Positions 48,707 to 56,681 of a stretch of 62,975 nucleotides of DNA are shown here, in pieces (positions within the stretch are counted from its first letter, which is position 1; every line of letters starts with the position of its first letter). The notes beneath the pieces were generated by a model, which was not told where the DNA came from, ran no database searches, and was given only the letters and a program-made list of their open reading frames with translations. Location of the stretch: NCBI GenBank assembly GCA_024643785.1, contig JAHEMI010000001.1, positions 1 to 62,975 of the forward strand. Direction: 5' to 3'. Both the position numbers and the translations under genes were made by a program. The DNA comes from Burkholderiaceae bacterium (GTDB lineage Bacteria > Pseudomonadota > Gammaproteobacteria > Burkholderiales > Burkholderiaceae_E).

Positions 48707-49780
48707 ATGATCATCCTGCCCTTTCTTTCCCATACCCCGCACATCGGGGAGCGGATGCGCGCGCCGGCATCGGCGGCGGTGATCGGCCGCGCTGAAATCG
48801 GCCCGGATTGCACACTGGGCCATCTCGCGCTGGTGCGCGCCGACGGCGAGGAAGTGCACATCGGCGCCGATTGCTGGTTCGGCGAAGCCAGCACGGTGCA
48901 CATCGCCCACCTCCTCTACCCCAGCATCGTCGGCGCCCATGTCACCGTCGGGCGCTACGCTCTGGTGCATGCCTGCACCATCGGCGACGACTGCGTGATC
49001 GGCGAGCACGCGACCGTCATGGACGGCGCGGTGCTCGGCGCGGGCGCAGTGGTGGCGGCGCAAAGCGTGGTGCCCCCCGGCAAGAAGCTCGACGGCGGCT
49101 GGCTCTACGCCGGAGCCCCGGCCCGGCCGGTGGCGCCGGTTGCCGCGCCCCAACTCAAGGAACTTCATCGTGCACTGCGCGCGCCCGGGGCAATCGACCG
49201 CACCGGCGCAGCGGCCGAAGTCGTCCTCGCTGTCCCGTCCTTGCCCGGCTTGCGCCACCGCCCAGGGACCGGTGCCGCAGGGCACTTCCCGCCCGGTGCC
49301 TACGTCGCGCCCAACGCCAGTGTCGTCGGCGCGGTGGTGCTTGGTGAACGCGCCAGCGTGTGGTTCGGCGTCGAAATCGACGCCGGTGCCGCGCGCATCG
49401 AAATCGGTGCGGAAACCAACGTTCAGGACAATTCGAGAATCTACGCCGGTCCCGGCGCAGAGAACGTCCGCATCGGGGAGCGGGTCCTGATCGGACACAA
49501 CGTTCGCATCTTCGCCAGCACGATCGGCGATGCGGCGATCATCGGCATGGGAGCAATCGTCGGCCCGGGCACTGTCGTCGAGCCCGGCGGCTGCGTCGCC
49601 GCAGGCTCAGCCACCGAACCGGGCACAGTGGTGAGATCCGGCGAAGTGTGGTCCGGGCGCCCGGCGCGCGCCGCGCGCGCCTTGTCGGAAGCCAATCGGG
49701 CCGCGTTCGCCGATGGGGTCATGACCTACGTCGAATATGCCAGTCAATACCTGGGCGCGGCCAGCCGCGGCAACGACTAG
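48707..49780 (+). CDS. Tandem left-handed beta-helix (gamma-carbonic anhydrase / PaaY / YrdA-like) protein
   Basis: The ATG immediately follows the hcmA TGA. Two hexapeptide-repeat halves (about residues 1-165 and 195-357), each ending in the helix typical of gamma-CA-like proteins. Confidence 0.72.
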   Translation: MIILPFLSHTPHIGERMRAPASAAVIGRAEIGPDCTLGHLALVRADGEEVHIGADCWFGEASTVHIAHLLYPSIVGAHVTVGRYALVHACTIGDDCVIGEHATVMDGAVLGAGAVVAAQSVVPPGKKLDGGWLYAGAPARPVAPVAAPQLKELHRALRAPGAIDRTGAAAEVVLAVPSLPGLRHRPGTGAAGHFPPGAYVAPNASVVGAVVLGERASVWFGVEIDAGAARIEIGAETNVQDNSRIYAGPGAENVRIGERVLIGHNVRIFASTIGDAAIIGMGAIVGPGTVVEPGGCVAAGSATEPGTVVRSGEVWSGRPARAARALSEANRAAFADGVMTYVEYASQYLGAASRGND

Positions 49781-49793
49781 ACGCAGTTGACGC

Positions 49794-50567
49794 TCACATC
49801 TGCTTGAAGAGATGCGAGAACGAGCGGCTGACGCCGAGCTTCTCGGCGCGACCGTTCACCCTCACCGTGGCCTGGCCGTGGACGTCGCGGGTGACGTTCT
49901 CGATGGCCGTGGCGTTGACGATCACCGAGCGGTGGATTTGCCAGAACTTCTCCGGGTCAAGTCCTGCGACCAGTTCCTTGATCGGCGTCTTGATCAGCGC
50001 GTCGACTTCCCGGGTGGCGACCAGGGTGTATTTCTCGTCGGACTGGAAGAACAGCACCTCGTCGACCGGAATCAGCCGCAGGCTGGCGCCGATGCTGGCC
50101 TTGATCCATTTCAGGCGTTCGCCCTGGGGCGCGAGCCGCGCGGCGAGGTGATCGGCCAGCGCCGCCAGGTCCTGGAGAGGAGCTCCCGAGGGCGAACCCA
50201 GGCGTTCGCGCAGCCGCTCGATCGTCGCCCCGAGCCGCTCGTCGCTATAGGGCTTGAGCACGTAGTCGATGGCGCCGGTCTCGAATGCGGTGAGCGCGTA
50301 TTGATCGAATGCCGTCACGAAGACGACATGGCAGCGGCCATGGTCCCCGCGGGCGAGCTCACGGGCAACGTCGACGCCGGTCATTTCGGGCATCCTGATG
50401 TCGAGGAATGCCAGCGCCGGACGCAACTTGGTGATCGCCTCGAGCGCCGCCTGGCCGTCTCCCACTTCGGCCACCACCGCCAGTTCCGGCCACAGCCTGG
50501 CGAGCTTGGACTTGAGCTGGGCCCTGAGGATCGGTTCGTCTTCCGCAATGATCGCCGTCAGTTCCAT
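49794..50567 (-). CDS. LytTR-family response regulator
   Basis: Receiver domain (IIAEDEP, FLDIRMPEMTG, LKP) plus a LytTR DNA-binding domain (IPVDEVLFFQSDEKYT..FWQIHRS.IVN). Confidence 0.9.
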   Translation of the reverse strand: MELTAIIAEDEPILRAQLKSKLARLWPELAVVAEVGDGQAALEAITKLRPALAFLDIRMPEMTGVDVARELARGDHGRCHVVFVTAFDQYALTAFETGAIDYVLKPYSDERLGATIERLRERLGSPSGAPLQDLAALADHLAARLAPQGERLKWIKASIGASLRLIPVDEVLFFQSDEKYTLVATREVDALIKTPIKELVAGLDPEKFWQIHRSVIVNATAIENVTRDVHGQATVRVNGRAEKLGVSRSFSHLFKQM

Positions 50568-50568
50568 G

Positions 50569-52668
50569 TCACTCCCCTGACTTGGCAGCTGCCGCTGCCG
50601 CAGCGCGCCGGCGTTTGCGCCGGCGGACGAACCAGTAGATCAGCAAGCCGATCAGGATCAACGGCGCCAGCGCCGGGAACATGGCAATGATTATGACGGC
50701 CGGGATGAAGATCAGCAGTCCGGTCAATAGCAGGCCAAGCCCGTAGATCACGCCCACCACCACCAGCAGCCCGAGCGCAACTGCACAGAATCCCGCGACC
50801 AGAAGCAGCGACCCGATAGCCATGCCTTCGATGCCGCCGAGCTCGACATTGTTGATGTTGACCGGCAGGATCCCGGCCAGCAGCGCCGCCCACGCGATGC
50901 CGAATATCACTGCCAAGAGGATCATCAGCGCCACGAAAGCGGACGAAATCACCCGGCCCCAGGCTCGATGGGTACGCGACACCTTTGACCAGACCACGGA
51001 CTTCGCCTGGGCACCCCGCGGCGCAGCGGCATTGGCCGCTCCCGCCTGGGCACCGGCGGCATCTCCGCTGCCGGCCGCAACCGCGGTCCCGGCCGCGATT
51101 GGCATCGTGATCGTCGCCAGCACGCCCCTTTCGGGACGCTCCTCGAGCGTCAATCTGGCGGCATCGCCGTAGAGTGCCGCGAGGCGTTCGCGGATATTGG
51201 TCAGGCCGACGCCACCGACGGTTTCGCTGGTCGCGACCAGCCCGCGACCACTATCGGCGACGCTTACGACCAACTGCGTGCCAACCACCTTCGCAACGAT
51301 CTCGATGCTGCCGCCCTCGCGCTGTGGCTCGAGTCCGTGCTTGATCGCGTTCTCGACCAGGGACGGCAACATCATCGGCGGGAACGACACCGACTTGGCG
51401 GCATCGCTAACGTCGATGAAGAAGGAGAGGCGTTCGCCCATGCGCATCTTGAGGATGTTCAGGTACGCTTCGACCAGCTCTATTTCCTGCGCCACCGTGG
51501 ACACCGTCTGGCGCATCCTCGGCAGCGACGAACGCAGGTACTGGATCAGATGCCCGACCATCTGGTTGGCCGCAGCCGGATCGACCTCCGTCAGCGCCTG
51601 GACGTTGGCAAGCGTATTGAACAGGAAATGCGGTTCGACCTGCGCCTGCAAGACCTTGAGCCTGGCCTCGGTCAGCTGACGGTTGAAATTGTGAAATTCC
51701 GCTTCCCGCTTCTTGGCCTCGGCCACGTCCTGCGAACGCCGCGCGCGGCCGATGAAGACCTTGGCGATCACGATCACCGCGAACAGCGGGATGAACAGCA
51801 GGATCAGCAGCGAACCAACGGTCGCACGATAGACGGCGCTCGCCACCTTGACCCTGATGTCCTGGCGCAACTCCGGCGGCAGCGGCGCCACTGGCGGAGA
51901 CACCTCCGGCACCGGCGCCACAGCTGGCGGACGGCTGGCTTCTGGCGCCACTCCGGGCGCTGGCGACGCTCCCTCAGCGGCAGGCGCATCGCCCCCGGCG
52001 CCCTCGCCGGCGGCCGCCGGTTTGGCTGGCTCGCTATCCGGACCGATCGTGATGCTCAGCGTATGCTCGTCCTTGGGCAGCCTGGCACGGACGGCGGCGA
52101 GCGCTTCCTTGGCCAGTTTCTCGGCCTGCCGCGCCTGCTCGAGTTTCTCGTCGAGCGATTTCGGCCACTCGGCCTTGGGAATATTGCTGCTCTTCAACGA
52201 ATCGCGAATATCCTCCTGGGCTTCCTCGATTCGCTCGCGCGCCTCGACTGCGGACTCGTAGGCATGCTCGGCCGCGGCGATGGCAACTTCCCGGGCGGCG
52301 TTTCTCGCCTCCTTCACCGCGTTACGGGCACTCGCATGGCCGCCTCCCCGGGCGTTCTCGAGCTCGCTGCGGGCGCGCGCTATTTCCTTCAGGGCGCGCT
52401 CCATCTCGGCCCGCCGGGCAGGATCCTTGCTGCCGTCGTGAATTCCCTTGACGACCTCTTCGGCAACTCCCAACAGGCTCTGGCCGACGTTTGAATCGAT
52501 TTCGCGCTGGATCGCCCACTTTTGGGCGCTATCGGCGCCTTGCTGCTGCAGGCTGATGACGTGAAATGGGGTCACGAAGATACCGAGCAGGACCAGGACG
52601 CTGATACCGAACAGGATCAGCGCCCACCAGGGAGTGCGGTGAATGAAATTGCCCAGGGCCTTGAACAT
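50569..52668 (-). CDS. LytS/YehU-family sensor histidine kinase (His_kinase + HATPase_c) with 2-TM periplasmic coiled-coil sensor and an extra C-terminal multi-TM domain
   Basis: Start MFKALGNFIHRTPWWALILFG (ATG 52666-52668, GGGGG RBS). VEPHFLFNTLANVQAL phosphoacceptor block, N-box LVENAIKHG, G-box DSGRG..GVGLTNIRERL. Four to five further hydrophobic segments follow, then RRRKRRRAAAAAAAKSGE. Confidence 0.85.
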   Translation of the reverse strand: MFKALGNFIHRTPWWALILFGISVLVLLGIFVTPFHVISLQQQGADSAQKWAIQREIDSNVGQSLLGVAEEVVKGIHDGSKDPARRAEMERALKEIARARSELENARGGGHASARNAVKEARNAAREVAIAAAEHAYESAVEARERIEEAQEDIRDSLKSSNIPKAEWPKSLDEKLEQARQAEKLAKEALAAVRARLPKDEHTLSITIGPDSEPAKPAAAGEGAGGDAPAAEGASPAPGVAPEASRPPAVAPVPEVSPPVAPLPPELRQDIRVKVASAVYRATVGSLLILLFIPLFAVIVIAKVFIGRARRSQDVAEAKKREAEFHNFNRQLTEARLKVLQAQVEPHFLFNTLANVQALTEVDPAAANQMVGHLIQYLRSSLPRMRQTVSTVAQEIELVEAYLNILKMRMGERLSFFIDVSDAAKSVSFPPMMLPSLVENAIKHGLEPQREGGSIEIVAKVVGTQLVVSVADSGRGLVATSETVGGVGLTNIRERLAALYGDAARLTLEERPERGVLATITMPIAAGTAVAAGSGDAAGAQAGAANAAAPRGAQAKSVVWSKVSRTHRAWGRVISSAFVALMILLAVIFGIAWAALLAGILPVNINNVELGGIEGMAIGSLLLVAGFCAVALGLLVVVGVIYGLGLLLTGLLIFIPAVIIIAMFPALAPLILIGLLIYWFVRRRKRRRAAAAAAAKSGE

Positions 52669-52705
52669 GGAACCCCCGCTCAGATTCGTGAGGCTCGCGA
52701 CGGGC

Positions 52706-52978
52706 TCACGATGGCCAGTCGTTGAAAGGGAACGGCAGTTCTTCCCTGGCAAAGGTCAGGAACTCGACCAGTTGCTGGAAATATCGTGCCAGCCCGCCGC
52801 CGAAAGTGGTCAGGCGCTGGTTGGGCGCGTCGCTGAAGATCGCGAAGATGAACTGGGTGACGGCCAGTATGCACAGGATCGCTCCCGCGACCTGGAAAGC
52901 CAGGCCCATCAGGAGCATGTACAGCCCCCGGACCCAGAAGTTGGGTTCCTTGGGGGTCAATGTCGGCTGCTCGTCCAT
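52706..52978 (-). CDS. Small two-TM membrane protein, DUF4389-like
   Basis: GGAGGAG RBS. ..FWVRGLYMLLMGLAFQVAGAILCILAVTQFIFAIFSD..LTTFGGGLARYFQQLVEFLTFAREELPFPFNDWP matches my recollection of the DUF4389 pattern (W.R..YM.., terminal PFPF.DWP). Confidence 0.6.
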   Translation of the reverse strand: MDEQPTLTPKEPNFWVRGLYMLLMGLAFQVAGAILCILAVTQFIFAIFSDAPNQRLTTFGGGLARYFQQLVEFLTFAREELPFPFNDWPS

Positions 52979-53008
52979 CTCGCTCCTCCGCTATCCAGGG
53001 TGATCAGG

Positions 53009-53200
53009 TCAGGTGTTGCGGCAGATCAATTGTGCCTGCTGCTGCACCAACATATCACTGGGCGCTACCACGGCTGCTCCGGTGCGCGCGTAATACTCGG
53101 CAAGTGACAGGGGGCCACCGATCGCCACCACAGTGGCAAAGATTGCCATGACACCAGCGAACCACTTTGCCCCGTTGCCTGCAATAGTCATTGTGCTCAT
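53009..53200 (-). CDS. Hypothetical 63-aa membrane-anchored protein
   Basis: GGAGAAAAGG RBS ahead of the ATG, and one hydrophobic segment (WFAGVMAIFATVVAIGG). No family recognised. Codon usage is less GC3-biased than in its neighbours. Confidence 0.35.
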   Translation of the reverse strand: MSTMTIAGNGAKWFAGVMAIFATVVAIGGPLSLAEYYARTGAAVVAPSDMLVQQQAQLICRNT

Positions 53201-53347
53201 CCTTTTCTCCCAGCCAGAGGCGCTGTTGCGCCGTTGGGAGAACTTTATGAAAACCGCGCCGGCGCGGCGAGGGCCGGGCGACGAACTGCAGGAAACGGGG
53301 TCCAGATCGCAGAATGGCGCGACGGGCGTCAGCGGCCAGTTGAGCTC

Positions 53348-54094
53348 TCAGTGCAGCCAGGACCAGAATGTGCCGTGTTCCAGCCAGGGCACGAGCCAGG
53401 GCAGTGACAGCGCCGTAAGCAGCCCGTTCAGACCCATTGCCAGCGCCGCGAAGGCGCCCGCGACTTCGCTGACCTGGAAGGCACGCGCCGTGCCAATGCC
53501 GTGCGATACCAACCCGACTGCGAAACCGCGCACAGCCTCGTCGTCGATGCGCAGGACCCGGTAGATCGAGCGCGCCAGCACCGCACCGAGAATCCCGGTG
53601 CTGATTACCAGCACCGCAGTCAGGGAAGGCAATCCTCCGAGTCGTTCGGCCACCGCCATCGCAATCGGCGTAGTGGCGCTCTTGGGCGCCAGCGACATCG
53701 TCAGCTCGTGGCTGCCGCCGAGCAATGACGCCAGGCCCCAGGCCGAGAGCATCGCGGTGAGCGAACCGGCCAGCAGGGCCACGCCCAACGGCCAGGCCAT
53801 CGCTTTCAGGCGCGGCAACTGCGCATAGAGCGGTATCGCCAGCGCCACGGTGGCCGGTCCCAGCAGGAAATGCACGAACTGCGCGCCATCGAAATAGGTC
53901 TGGTAGTCGGTGCCGGTCACGAGCAGGATGGTGGCCAACATCGCCACGGCCAGCAGCACCGGATTGGCAAACGGGTGGAAACCGGCGCGCCGGTAGAGCC
54001 AGTATCCGCACTGATAGGCCACCAGGGTCAGGGTCAGTCCGAGCAGCGGCGAAGCCGAGAGGTAGACCCAGATCTCGCCCAGCCGCGGCGTCAT
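53348..54094 (-). CDS. lrgB: LrgB/CidB-family membrane protein
   Basis: Start MTPRLGEIWVYLSASPLLGLTLTL. LrgB pattern (LGPATVALAIPLY, SLAPKSATTPIAMAV..LGG.PSLTA). The ATG overlaps the lrgA stop (ATGA). The 411-aa track ORF is an extension. Confidence 0.85.
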   Translation of the reverse strand: MTPRLGEIWVYLSASPLLGLTLTLVAYQCGYWLYRRAGFHPFANPVLLAVAMLATILLVTGTDYQTYFDGAQFVHFLLGPATVALAIPLYAQLPRLKAMAWPLGVALLAGSLTAMLSAWGLASLLGGSHELTMSLAPKSATTPIAMAVAERLGGLPSLTAVLVISTGILGAVLARSIYRVLRIDDEAVRGFAVGLVSHGIGTARAFQVSEVAGAFAALAMGLNGLLTALSLPWLVPWLEHGTFWSWLH

Positions 54095-54453
54095 CGCGTC
54101 ACCTCCCCGTCGTCGCGGCGATTGCGGGTCAGGGCCTGCAGCACCAGCGCCGTGACCGCAATTGCCAGCACGGTGCTGCCGACCAGCGCAACCACGAGTG
54201 GCAGCCACTCCGCCGCCAGGCGATCGCCGTAGAGCACGATGCCGGTGCCGGCCGGAACGAACAGCAACGAGAGATGCTGGAGCAGCGTGTTGGCGGTCTG
54301 GCGCAGATCCTCGCCTACGCCACCGCGGATGATCAGCGCCACGAACAGCAGCGCCATGCCGATTACCGGTCCGGGGATCGGCAGCCCCAGCGCCCGGGCG
54401 ATTACTTCGCCAACCAGCTGGAAGAGCAGCAGCAGGGTCAGTGCATTGATCAT
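54091..54453 (-). CDS. lrgA: LrgA/CidA-family holin-like membrane protein
   Basis: MINALTLLLLFQLVGEVIARALGLPIPGPVIGMALLF is a typical LrgA pattern. ATG at 54451-54453 is preferred over the TTG at 54462 on RBS spacing. Confidence 0.8.
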   Translation of the reverse strand: MINALTLLLLFQLVGEVIARALGLPIPGPVIGMALLFVALIIRGGVGEDLRQTANTLLQHLSLLFVPAGTGIVLYGDRLAAEWLPLVVALVGSTVLAIAVTALVLQALTRNRRDDGEVTR

Positions 54454-54513
54454 GGGCGGCAAATTCCCCGGTGTAGAAGATCGAATCAGCTCGAGCTGCC
54501 TGGTTGCGCTCCT

Positions 54514-56142
54514 TCAGGCACACTCCCGAATCGCAATCGCGAAGTCGGGGCAAATCTGGATGCAGCGCAGGCAACCGATGCACTGCTCAGCGTGGTTCGC
54601 CACCGCCGGGCGATAGCCACTGGCGTTGAACTCCTCTGATCGATCGAAGACGCCAAGAGCGCAAACCTCATGGCAGTAGCCGCAGTCCTTGCAGGCAGCT
54701 TCGTTGACGCTCACTGTGAACGAGCGCAGGTCGCACGACAGGCAGCGCTGTGCTTCATACCTGGCCGCGGCGCTGGTCATCGGCAGGTCGACCACCGAGA
54801 AATCAGCGGCGCGCTCGACGGGATCGCGCAGTCGCACCGAACTGCGTTGCGTTCCGCGCACCGCGCACGCCTCACGCGAGCCAACGGCATACCCGGTCGC
54901 GCCAATTACTCCATCGCCGCCGAGGAAGCGATCGATCCCCGTGGCTGCCTGCCGGCCCTGGGCGAGAGCACCAATGATCGAATCAGGACCAGTAACGGCA
55001 TCGCCGCCAGCGAACACACCCGGCAGCGACGTGGCCAGCGAGATTGCGTCAACCGCGACCCCACCGTTGGCGCCGCGGGCCACTCCCGCCGATGGCACGA
55101 CCACCTCCTGGCCAATCGCAGCGATGAGCGTATCGGCCGCAATGCGAAACTCGCTGCCCGCGATCGCCACCGGTCGCCGCCGCCCGCTTGCGTCCGGTTC
55201 CCCGAGGCTCATGCGCATGGCGACCAGCGCAGCGTCATCAACCCGAACCGGCGCAACCAGGGTCTCCAACCTGACGCCTTCGTCGATGGCTTCCTCAACC
55301 TCGTCGCGGGCCGCCGGCATCTCGTCGCGACCGCGGCGATAGATCTGCACCACCTCGGCACCCAGGCGTCGCGCCGAACGGGCAGCATCAACGGCGGTGT
55401 TGCCGCCGCCGACCACGATGACCCGCTTACCCAAAGATGGCGTCGAACCGCAGCGAACGGCATCGAGAAACGACAGTCCATCGAGCACGAAGTCCTGCTC
55501 TTCGCCCGGAATGCCCAGCCGCACGCCGCGCCAGGCGCCGGTGGCGATGAATACAGCCTGGAAGCCATTCGCCAGCAGGCTCTCGGCCGAATCAACCCGG
55601 GATCCGGTCCGGAAAGTCACGCCGGCGCGCTCGATCACGCGCAGGTCATCTTCCACCGCATCATCGGGAAGACGAAATTCCGGGATGCCAAACCGCAGCA
55701 TGCCGCCAATGCGCTCACGTGCTTCAAATACCTCCACGTCGTGTCCCTGCAGCGCCAGGTAATAGGCGCAGCTCAACCCGGCAGGGCCGGAACCGATCAC
55801 CGCGACCTTGCGGCCGCTAGCCGGCCTGCGCCGCGCTGGTTCGGCCTCACCCGCGCCGCGCTGCGCAGCCACCAGTTTGAGCGCCCGAATCGCGACCGCA
55901 TCGTCCCACTGGCGGCGACCGCAGCGGGCCTCGCAGGGCCGTGCGCAGACGTGGCCGCAAACCAGCGCCAGGGGAATGCGCTCGCGCACCACCGCCAGCG
56001 CCTCGCCATACTTCCCGTCCCTGACCAGGCGAAGGTAACGGGGCACATCGACCCCGGCCGGGCAGGCGGCCTGGCACGGCGCCATCGGGCGCGGCGATCG
56101 TTGTTCCGGGTGCCCCCCGGGCACCAGCGCCGCGGGGCTCAT
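54514..56142 (-). CDS. GltD-like NAD(P)H:acceptor flavoprotein fused to a C-terminal 2x[4Fe-4S] ferredoxin domain (extra subunit of the 2-oxoacid oxidoreductase)
   Basis: N-terminal Cys cluster (CQAACPAG..CGHVCARPCEARC), FAD site VAVIGSGPAGLSCAYYL, NAD(P)H site VIVVGGGNTAVDAAR. C-terminal CKDCGYCHEVC and CIGCLRCIQICP. The ATG overlaps the gamma subunit stop. Confidence 0.8.
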   Translation of the reverse strand: MSPAALVPGGHPEQRSPRPMAPCQAACPAGVDVPRYLRLVRDGKYGEALAVVRERIPLALVCGHVCARPCEARCGRRQWDDAVAIRALKLVAAQRGAGEAEPARRRPASGRKVAVIGSGPAGLSCAYYLALQGHDVEVFEARERIGGMLRFGIPEFRLPDDAVEDDLRVIERAGVTFRTGSRVDSAESLLANGFQAVFIATGAWRGVRLGIPGEEQDFVLDGLSFLDAVRCGSTPSLGKRVIVVGGGNTAVDAARSARRLGAEVVQIYRRGRDEMPAARDEVEEAIDEGVRLETLVAPVRVDDAALVAMRMSLGEPDASGRRRPVAIAGSEFRIAADTLIAAIGQEVVVPSAGVARGANGGVAVDAISLATSLPGVFAGGDAVTGPDSIIGALAQGRQAATGIDRFLGGDGVIGATGYAVGSREACAVRGTQRSSVRLRDPVERAADFSVVDLPMTSAAARYEAQRCLSCDLRSFTVSVNEAACKDCGYCHEVCALGVFDRSEEFNASGYRPAVANHAEQCIGCLRCIQICPDFAIAIRECA

Positions 56143-56681
56143 GCGCAGACTCCGCTGGGCAATTCGACACCAGCGGCGAGCGCCCGCAGGTTATCGCTGG
56201 CGACTTCCCCGGCAAAGCGGGCGCGCAACAGTTGTTCCAGCGTGGCTGGCGCAACCACCCCGGTGTAGGCAATCAGGGCGCCGAGAGCGAGGACGTTGAC
56301 GCTGCCGACGTTACCGAGATCGGCAGCAAGCCTGGTAAACGGAAAACCGATGAAGCTCTCGCCGCTGCGTTCCTGCGCCAACGTGCTGTCGTACAGCACC
56401 GGCACCCCGCGCCCGCCCCACGCCTCGTACTTGCGCAGCGCCTCTTCGGTCAGCGCCAGGACACAATCGGGCGTGCGCACCTGCTGGAAGAGGATCTCCT
56501 CATCATCGACGATGACCTCGGCAAGTGAAAGCCCGCCGCGGGTCGCTATCCCATAGGACTGGGTCTGGACCGCGTTGCGCCCTTCGGCAATCGCGGCCTC
56601 GGCAAGCATGATTCCCGACAAGACCAACCCTTGCCCGCCAGATCCGGCCAGGATCAGCTCGTGACGGCGCTTGCCGCTCAT
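56139..56681 (-). CDS. 2-oxoacid:acceptor oxidoreductase gamma subunit
   Basis: ELILAGSGGQGLVLSGIMLAEAA..QTQSYG...RGG is the typical POR/KOR gamma pattern. Confidence 0.85.
   Translation of the reverse strand: MSGKRRHELILAGSGGQGLVLSGIMLAEAAIAEGRNAVQTQSYGIATRGGLSLAEVIVDDEEILFQQVRTPDCVLALTEEALRKYEAWGGRGVPVLYDSTLAQERSGESFIGFPFTRLAADLGNVGSVNVLALGALIAYTGVVAPATLEQLLRARFAGEVASDNLRALAAGVELPSGVCA

Noticed and set aside
43245-49780. tRNA-Thr as the integration site of a genomic island carrying the mutase cluster.
   Set aside because: I found no integrase or recombinase gene and no direct repeat of the tRNA 3' end downstream by eye. Codon usage and GC of the cluster look native. Only a hairpin follows the tRNA.
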